Shown here one piece after another: positions 39,387 to 45,511 of a stretch of DNA of 52,330 bases. The notes below the pieces were generated by a model that saw only the letters and a program-made list of their open reading frames with translations, was not told where the DNA came from and did no database searches. The position numbers and the translations under genes are program-made. Position 1 is the stretch's first letter. The number at the start of each line of letters is the position of its first letter. Source of the DNA: a virus (Duplodnaviria; Caudoviricetes); the IMG/VR virus record IMGVR_UViG_3300030385_001830, positions 1 to 52,330 of that record, one strand, 5' to 3'.

Positions 39387-39412
39387 AAAAAGAGGGGGCA
39401 TTGCTGCCCCCT
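39387..39412 (-). terminator. Rho-independent terminator
   Basis: AGGGGGCA/TGCCCCCT stem with a U run on the minus strand. Confidence 0.6.
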
Positions 39413-39429
39413 AAGACACAGGCTACTAC

Positions 39430-39780
39430 TTACTCTTGTATAAAATAGATGGTTAAGGCTGAGCTAAATGGGCAACCATTGTACGAAACAGCAATGATTT
39501 TGGTTTTACCCTGTGTGTATTCATACACAATGTGGTAGACGTCATGGTGCTTAAACTTAGCAATCTGCTTGCCTTGCTTGAGGTCACCTACAAACGCTTC
39601 TGCCTTTTTATTTTCATAATTAAGCTCTTGGTCATAAACGTGGTAAGTGCCATCAGGTAGGTAGGTGTCTAGTAAAAACTCTAAACCTTTGTAAATAGGA
39701 TCCTCTAAATCTGGCTGGTAATCTGGCATTAAAAAATCCTGCATTACCTGCTCTTTACTACCTTGTTTTAAATCAAACAT
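39430..39780 (-). CDS. Hypothetical protein (paralogue of 39783-40142)
   Basis: Shares YDxEL, YHxV and YNGC..AL..YFI motifs with its neighbour. Confidence 0.7.
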   Translation of the reverse strand: MFDLKQGSKEQVMQDFLMPDYQPDLEDPIYKGLEFLLDTYLPDGTYHVYDQELNYENKKAEAFVGDLKQGKQIAKFKHHDVYHIVYEYTQGKTKIIAVSYNGCPFSSALTIYFIQE

Positions 39781-39782
39781 AG

Positions 39783-40142
39783 CTAAATCTCCTTAATAAA
39801 GTAACAATCTAAAGCACCGTGGGCCGAGCAACCATTGTATGCAAGACGCACTACCCGCTCATGCTTTGTGTTACAGACCCACACCCCATGATACGTGCCT
39901 TTTATTTTCACACTGGCTTGCTCCACAAAGTTAAACTGGTCACTTAGCAGTGCTTCATACAGGCCGTCGTCTTTTTCATGGTGTAATTCTGGGTCATAAA
40001 ATACCCAAAATTCATTGCCCAAAAACTCTTTAAGCAATAACTCTAGCGCAGGTTTTTCCTGCTGCGTATATGCCAACCACTCACGCGCTATATCGTTGTA
40101 ATGGTAATACGGTAAGTTCTGCGTGTTTAATTTATCTTGCAT
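39783..40142 (-). CDS. Hypothetical protein (paralogue of 39430-39780)
   Basis: AGGAG RBS; shared motifs with its neighbour. Confidence 0.7.
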   Translation of the reverse strand: MQDKLNTQNLPYYHYNDIAREWLAYTQQEKPALELLLKEFLGNEFWVFYDPELHHEKDDGLYEALLSDQFNFVEQASVKIKGTYHGVWVCNTKHERVVRLAYNGCSAHGALDCYFIKEI

Positions 40143-40377
40143 GGTTATAACTCCTTTGCAGCGGAGTCATTGCAGCGTAGTCATTAATGGCGTTAGCTAA
40201 TGCGGCACTAGATTCAGCCAACAGTTTAGATACAGTTGCGGCATACGCTAAATCTGTTGTGCCTGTACCGAACTCTTTTTGTAGCTGGTCTATTAAAAGT
40301 TGGCTGATTTCACCAACGTAATTTTCTAGGGTGATGTTGTTACCACCATAATCTTTGTGGCTTGGGAATGTAGACAT
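40132..40377 (-). CDS. Hypothetical early protein
   Basis: AGGAG RBS; promoter palindrome at 40412-40428 upstream. Confidence 0.6.
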   Translation of the reverse strand: MSTFPSHKDYGGNNITLENYVGEISQLLIDQLQKEFGTGTTDLAYAATVSKLLAESSAALANAINDYAAMTPLQRSYNHAR

Positions 40378-40726
40378 GGCTAAAACTCCTGTGTGTGAAC
40401 TTTTGTTGTGTACTACACTTGTAGTATGGGGCCGCGACTATCACACCACAACAACAACTAACTGTATATTGGAGCTTCTACAAAAAGTTTGCTATATAGG
40501 GGGATTTACAAATATCAACAATAAACTTTTTCACATATACAAAATATACAATATCACACTATATTAATATCTTTCCCAATTATCAACTACTTATCAACCA
40601 TGGAACCATCAAATGTATATTGTGTTGATCAATAATTGACCAAGTCTCTGGGACGCGCGATCCTTTTTCGTGAAAAAATAAAAAGTGTAACTTTTCACTT
40701 GGGGTCCTATATAGTAAAGTTACTTC

Positions 40727-41263
40727 ATGCCCTTACCCAAACAAACTCATAAACCCCATCTAGAAGTTGTGGCAAATCCCCGCACTGAAAAAAAGATAAC
40801 TCCCAAGCAAGAGGAATTTGTAAGGATTTATTGTTGCGAGGATGTAAGCCAGACAGAAGCTGCGGTACGGGCTGGATACTCTAAGAAGTCTGCACACGCC
40901 ATAGCATCCCAATTATTAAACGGCACTAGATATCCCCACGTAGTAGCTAGAGTTTATGAGGTAAAAAATGAGCTGGCACACAAGTATGAAGTCACATTTG
41001 AAAACCATGTAAAAAAACTAGCAGACATAAGGGATCTAGCATTACGTGAAGGATCATACGCTGCTGCTGTAGCGGCTGAAAAGAACAGAGGACAGGTAGC
41101 AGGTTTATACATTGATCGTAAAGAAATCTTGCACGGAAAGATAGATACTATGACAAGGCCAGAAGTATTGAGGGAAATACAAAAGCTGCATGAGGAATAC
41201 CCTGTGTTGAGTGCAGTGACGGAAAGCAACCTAGTGATAGAAGGGGAAGTTGATAAAACCTGA
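40727..41263 (+). CDS. terS: Terminase small subunit
   Basis: ITPKQEEFV...QTEAAVRAGYS..SA...ASQLL HTH; AAVAAEKNRGQVAGLY. Confidence 0.85.
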   Translation: MPLPKQTHKPHLEVVANPRTEKKITPKQEEFVRIYCCEDVSQTEAAVRAGYSKKSAHAIASQLLNGTRYPHVVARVYEVKNELAHKYEVTFENHVKKLADIRDLALREGSYAAAVAAEKNRGQVAGLYIDRKEILHGKIDTMTRPEVLREIQKLHEEYPVLSAVTESNLVIEGEVDKT

Positions 41264-41675
41264 AAGCAAATTATGGCGAAAACTGAGGGAAGGCACGCGT
41301 GGGCAAGATGTGTTTTGGACAAGGTTGGAGTCATGGGCTGTACCTGGAGTCCCAGATCTGCATGGTATTGTAAATGGTTACTCTTTTTGGCTAGAACTCA
41401 AGCTGCATAAGTTAAAGTCCTTAAATTATATAAATCTAAGTCCGCATCAAATAGCGTGGCAAATAAGATATAGTGGGAATAGTGGATGTGTGTGGAACTT
41501 GGTTGAGCATCCTTCCTCAACCACTATAAATATATTTAGAGGGGAGAGGGCCATTGAGATAGGCCCAAAGAGGGAGAGGAAAGACCCATTGGTAGTGGAC
41601 TGGAGCTCATGTGCCCCGTACGATTGGAGGGGAATGATGGCATATATCGTCTCCCATCCACTCCCCAAAAAATAG
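41250..41675 (+). CDS. PD-(D/E)xK nuclease (Holliday junction resolvase / VRR-NUC-like)
   Basis: ESKLW, GVPDL, FWLELK and LSPHQIAW motifs. Confidence 0.8.
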   Translation: MIKPESKLWRKLREGTRGQDVFWTRLESWAVPGVPDLHGIVNGYSFWLELKLHKLKSLNYINLSPHQIAWQIRYSGNSGCVWNLVEHPSSTTINIFRGERAIEIGPKRERKDPLVVDWSSCAPYDWRGMMAYIVSHPLPKK

Positions 41676-41695
41676 AGACCAAAAAATGAGAGAAG

Positions 41696-41832
41696 TCGTG
41701 TCTACTCGCCTCTAGTCGTGTCCCTTCGTATCTTGTCAACTCCCCGTGGATCATGGACGATGGTCATTGATCGATTACGATCGCCATGGATCGCCATGGA
41801 TCGCCATGGATCTTGGCCGATCGCCCACGATC
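41696..41832 (+). repeat. Phased TC array (5-bp period) running into a GATC array (10-bp period)
   Basis: TC every 5 bp from 41696 to 41741 (ten copies); GATC at 41749 and every 10 bp from 41769 to 41829 (GATG at 41759). Confidence 0.95.
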
Positions 41833-41848
41833 GGTTAACCGTGGGCAT

Positions 41849-41883
41849 AAAAAAGTCCCGCTTGCTAAACTAACAAGCGAGAC
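41849..41883 (-). terminator. Rho-independent terminator of 41906-42496
   Basis: GUCUCGCUUG/CAAGCGGGAC stem followed by U6 on the minus strand. Confidence 0.7.
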
Positions 41884-41905
41884 CGTGTAGTGGCAAAATA
41901 GTCAG

Positions 41906-42496
41906 TTAGGCTTTAGAAGCCATAACGGTTATAGGTTTAACGACCAATTGCACCAAGGACTTGCCGTAGAAAAACTTGCTACGATCCTTTGTGGTATTGG
42001 TCCCGTTTAGCAACATGAGAAGCGTATTGCCATCCCCAATTGTTGCTGTGGACTCTGCTACTTTACCACCAGTAGCTTTGATGGCTACATTTATGTGGTT
42101 GAGTCTACGGCTGGCGGTTTTGCCACCTGCGACTGGTTCCCACTTGAGCTTATCAAATGCTTTGCTCTTGTTGCTGGGTATACCGTCTTTAGGTAGCTGG
42201 ACTCCAAATAGCCAGCAGCGTAACTGATTAGCACGAGTTGTAGTGCTAGCTGCGAACATACCCGCAATCTTAGCGGTATTGGCCCAATTTTCAGCAGTAA
42301 TACCTAGTGAGTCAAACAGTGGTGTAGTTTCTACCACCACATTGGCTTGAAGGTCTGCTGCATTGTCTTTAACAAATTTTGCTACACAAGAACCGCTGAC
42401 CAATTTGTTGCCATTGGTTGCGAAATTCAGGGTAGCCCCGTCGGTAAGGTTTAGAGCCTTTACCAGAGGCTTGGCGGTTACTTTCTGTTTAACCAT
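41906..42496 (-). CDS. Unknown protein, paralogue A
   Basis: 196 aa; promoter TTGTGG-17-TAGTAT upstream; shares GMFA, TGGKV, GNTLxMLLxGTNT and VQLVVKP with 43127-43738. Confidence 0.75.
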   Translation of the reverse strand: MVKQKVTAKPLVKALNLTDGATLNFATNGNKLVSGSCVAKFVKDNAADLQANVVVETTPLFDSLGITAENWANTAKIAGMFAASTTTRANQLRCWLFGVQLPKDGIPSNKSKAFDKLKWEPVAGGKTASRRLNHINVAIKATGGKVAESTATIGDGNTLLMLLNGTNTTKDRSKFFYGKSLVQLVVKPITVMASKA

Positions 42497-42688
42497 AGTC
42501 GTGTACCTTATGTTTGACTATTTTTGCCACTACAAATTCATACTAACATGTACCACATCGTACCACAACAACTGATTACCTAATTACCGAGCGGTTCCCC
42601 CAAGATTGAGACCCAAAATTGAGACGCCGAACTAAGATGGAGGGAGTAGGAGTGACTATACATGTATCTATATATGTTACTTATGGTT

Positions 42689-42732
42689 GATCGTGGCCGA
42701 TCTTGGCCGATCGCCATGGATCATGGGCGATC
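42689..42732 (+). repeat. Second GATC array (10-bp period, 5 copies)
   Basis: GATC at 42689, 42699, 42709, 42719 and 42729; units GATCTTGGCC, GATCGCCATG and GATCATGG are shared with the first array. Confidence 0.95.
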
Positions 42733-42847
42733 TAGGGTGTTGCCTCTTTCCCCCTATCCCCTCTATTGTATCTAGTGCTGTAGGTTGGATAGTCGTTGTG
42801 CCATACTACAATTGTAGCAACTAACCCCAAAAAGGGAGACCCAAAAT

Positions 42848-42946
42848 ATGAGACAGCTCCTCTATTATACTCTGTTATCACTCGCGTTTATTACGCTCGC
42901 TATTAGCTCCGCCATCATCTGGTGGTTGGTAGCACCATGGGTATAG
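42848..42946 (+). CDS. 32-aa single-transmembrane peptide (not in ORF track)
   Basis: Promoter palindrome at 42802-42818, AGGGAG RBS; MRQLLYYTLLSLAFITLAISSAIIWWLVAPWV. Confidence 0.5.
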   Translation: MRQLLYYTLLSLAFITLAISSAIIWWLVAPWV

Positions 42947-43126
42947 CAATAGCTTTTTATATAGTGCTAATACTACTGTATATATAGCCAGTACAATATA
43001 CTGTATAAAATAACAGTATAAATATACCATTGTTTAACACAAAAGTGTTGTGTTTAGCATTTACCTGTGCCTATAATGCTTTATTGGCTTGCAATAAAGC
43101 GGGTCAATAAACACAGGTATAAAACC

Positions 43127-43738
43127 ATGCAAAAAGTAAATACACAAAAAGCAATTACAGCCGGTATAGCTAACCTTAACAGCAATGCCATTTATACATT
43201 ACCTGCTAGTGGTTTAGCTAATGGTGCAAACATTGCAACCTATGCAACTAATAACTGCAATAATAAACTTAGCCAAATAGCCGTGGTAATAACACCATTT
43301 GGTAAGGGTTTAATAAAAGGGTTACCCGTACCCGCTAATGGTTTAAGTGGTAACGCTGCTATTAATGCTTACATGCTGGCGTTTAAAAACTTAAACAATG
43401 GCATGTTTGCGGTTGGCAGCACGGTACGTTGTTACCAGTTTTTGTGTTACATGTTAGGTGTTGTGCCTAACAGTAGCAAAAACAATAAAAGTAAAAAGTG
43501 GGCTAATTTACAGGCTGCTAATGCTTTGGGTACATTAGGTGGTAACAATGCTAGTAGTAGCTTAGGGCATATTGGCACAGTGGTTGGGCACACTGGCGGT
43601 AAAGTTACCAGTGGCAACATTGCCAATGGCAACACACTTGCTATGTTGCTAAGTGGCACCAACACTATTAAAAGCCCGCAACATGCTTTTTTTAAAAAGC
43701 CCATTGTGCAACTGGTAGTTAAGCCTAACCTTAAGTAA
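43127..43738 (+). CDS. Unknown protein, paralogue B (no Asp or Glu)
   Basis: Perfect TATAAT at 43072-43077, CAGGT before ATG 43127, 203 aa, homologous to 41906-42496. Confidence 0.75.
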   Translation: MQKVNTQKAITAGIANLNSNAIYTLPASGLANGANIATYATNNCNNKLSQIAVVITPFGKGLIKGLPVPANGLSGNAAINAYMLAFKNLNNGMFAVGSTVRCYQFLCYMLGVVPNSSKNNKSKKWANLQAANALGTLGGNNASSSLGHIGTVVGHTGGKVTSGNIANGNTLAMLLSGTNTIKSPQHAFFKKPIVQLVVKPNLK

Positions 43739-43760
43739 TACACTTGGCCCCATTGGGCAT

Positions 43761-43793
43761 AAGCCGGGTAGCTAATAACTACCCGGCTTGTTT
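43761..43793 (+). terminator. Probable terminator hairpin
   Basis: 11-bp AAGCCGGGTAG/CTACCCGGCTT stem with a weak U tract. Confidence 0.55.
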
Positions 43794-43942
43794 GTGCTTG
43801 TTACTTTTTGCCTAACGCCTACCATATGGTTAGGTACCTAGCACCCGTTATATGGTGGTACCCTAACACCTACCCTATGGCCCCCCCCCTGAGACATATA
43901 AGGGTACCCGTCAGGGTGGCCTTATACTGTTTACCATGATTC

Positions 43943-45511
43943 GTGGGAGAGCAAAAAATTATTAACAGGGGTACCCCCCTAGACACTGAAAGTGGCCCTA
44001 GGTTCATTGCTGTGTGGAAAATTTCGATATATGATTTTTATATGGATGATAAAGAAATTGAGAAAGTCCCAGAGGAGCGATTGAGGAGTTATGCCCAGTT
44101 GCTTGAGCGAGCGCAGCAGTTGGATCTGGCGGCGGCGGCGCGATTGGGATTTATGGAGTTTGTGTTGTTGGCGTGGCCTGAGTTTATAAATGGACGCCAC
44201 CATAAGATAATGGCTGATAAGTTTAATAAGTTGGCGGCTGGAAAGATTAAGCGCTTGATAGTTAATATGCCGCCGCGCCATACGAAGAGTGAGTTTGCCA
44301 GTTATTTGTTACCGGCATGGATGATGGGTAATAGACCCCATTTGAAGATAATGCAGACGACGCACACGGCAGAGTTGGCTTTTAGATTTGGCCGAAAGGT
44401 GCGTAATTTGATGAATACGGACCATTATAAGCAGATATTTCCTGGAGTGAGTTTACGCGCAGACAGCCAAGCGGCGGGACGTTGGGAGACAAATGCGGGT
44501 GGTGAGTACTTTGCGGCAGGAGTAGGTGGTGCGGTTACGGGCCGTGGTGCGGATTTGTTAATAATAGACGACCCCCACAGTGAGCAGGATGCCCTAAGCC
44601 CAAGTGCCTTGGAAAATGCTTACGAATGGTATACAAGTGGCCCGCGCCAACGGCTCCAGCCAGGAGGCAGTATAGTAATAGTAATGACCCGCTGGGCAGA
44701 TAATGACCTCACCGGTAAGCTGGTAAAGCAACAGGCAAGAGACATCCTAGCCGACAAATGGGACATTGTAGAGTTCCCAGCTTTAATGCCCGACGATAAA
44801 CCGCTCTGGCCCGAATTCTGGAAGAAGGAAGATTTAATAGGCGTAAAGGGTAGTTTAAGTGTAATCAAGTGGGAGGCCCAGTGGCAACAGAACCCCACCA
44901 GTGAGCTGAGCGCGATACTAAAACGCGATTGGTGGAAAAAGTGGAAACACAAGGAAATCCCATCCTGTGTTTACTTAATGCAAAGCTACGACACCGCATT
45001 TAGCAAGAAGGAATCCAGCGACTACAGCGCAATAACCACATGGGGCGTTTTTTATCCAGAGGAAGATGGCCCCCCAAATATCATGCTATGCGATGCACGA
45101 CGAGGACGTTGGGATTTTCCAGAGTTACGCCGCATCGCCTTTGAAGAGTACAAATACTGGGACCCAGAGATAGTGCTAATCGAAGCAAAAGCCAGCGGTA
45201 CCCCCCTAATACAAGAGCTACGCACCATGGGCATACCTGTAACCGAATACAGCCCAAGCCGAGGAAACGACAAGATGTCACGGGTTAATTCAATTGCCCC
45301 GTTATTTGAAACTGGGTTAGTATGGGCACCGGATACCCGCTGGGCTGAAGAAGTAATAGAAGAATGTGGTGCTTTTCCATCGGGAGAGTTCGATGATTAT
45401 GTGGACACTGTTACCCAAGCACTGCGCCGCTTTAGAGAGGGTGGTTTTATAACCCACCCCGAAGATTACAAAGACGACTTCTCGGTTCCTAAGCAGAGAG
45501 TATATTACTAA
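43943..45511 (+). CDS. terL: Terminase large subunit
   Basis: MPPRHTKS Walker A, IIDDPH Walker B, VMTRW, QSYDTA and DDYVD nuclease motifs; true start may be ATG 44042. Confidence 0.95.
   Translation: MGEQKIINRGTPLDTESGPRFIAVWKISIYDFYMDDKEIEKVPEERLRSYAQLLERAQQLDLAAAARLGFMEFVLLAWPEFINGRHHKIMADKFNKLAAGKIKRLIVNMPPRHTKSEFASYLLPAWMMGNRPHLKIMQTTHTAELAFRFGRKVRNLMNTDHYKQIFPGVSLRADSQAAGRWETNAGGEYFAAGVGGAVTGRGADLLIIDDPHSEQDALSPSALENAYEWYTSGPRQRLQPGGSIVIVMTRWADNDLTGKLVKQQARDILADKWDIVEFPALMPDDKPLWPEFWKKEDLIGVKGSLSVIKWEAQWQQNPTSELSAILKRDWWKKWKHKEIPSCVYLMQSYDTAFSKKESSDYSAITTWGVFYPEEDGPPNIMLCDARRGRWDFPELRRIAFEEYKYWDPEIVLIEAKASGTPLIQELRTMGIPVTEYSPSRGNDKMSRVNSIAPLFETGLVWAPDTRWAEEVIEECGAFPSGEFDDYVDTVTQALRRFREGGFITHPEDYKDDFSVPKQRVYY

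Larger units (their letters stand above)
42920..43890. other. GA/TC-dinucleotide-free island
   Basis: Base-by-base reading finds 0 GA and 1 TC (43104-43105) in 971 bp. Confidence 0.92.

Noticed and set aside
41749-41832. CRISPR array interpretation of the GATC repeats
   Set aside because: Units are 10 bp with no 25-45-bp repeats or unique spacers, and there are no cas genes
43067-43126. ORF-track N-terminal extension of paralogue B
   Set aside because: The GTG start overlaps the TATAAT promoter region; ATG 43127 has an RBS-like sequence and matches the N-terminus of paralogue A
42920-43890. UV-dimer avoidance or simple protein composition as the cause of TC/GA loss
   Set aside because: TT, CT and CC remain abundant, and the depletion covers non-coding DNA, synonymous codons and codon junctions
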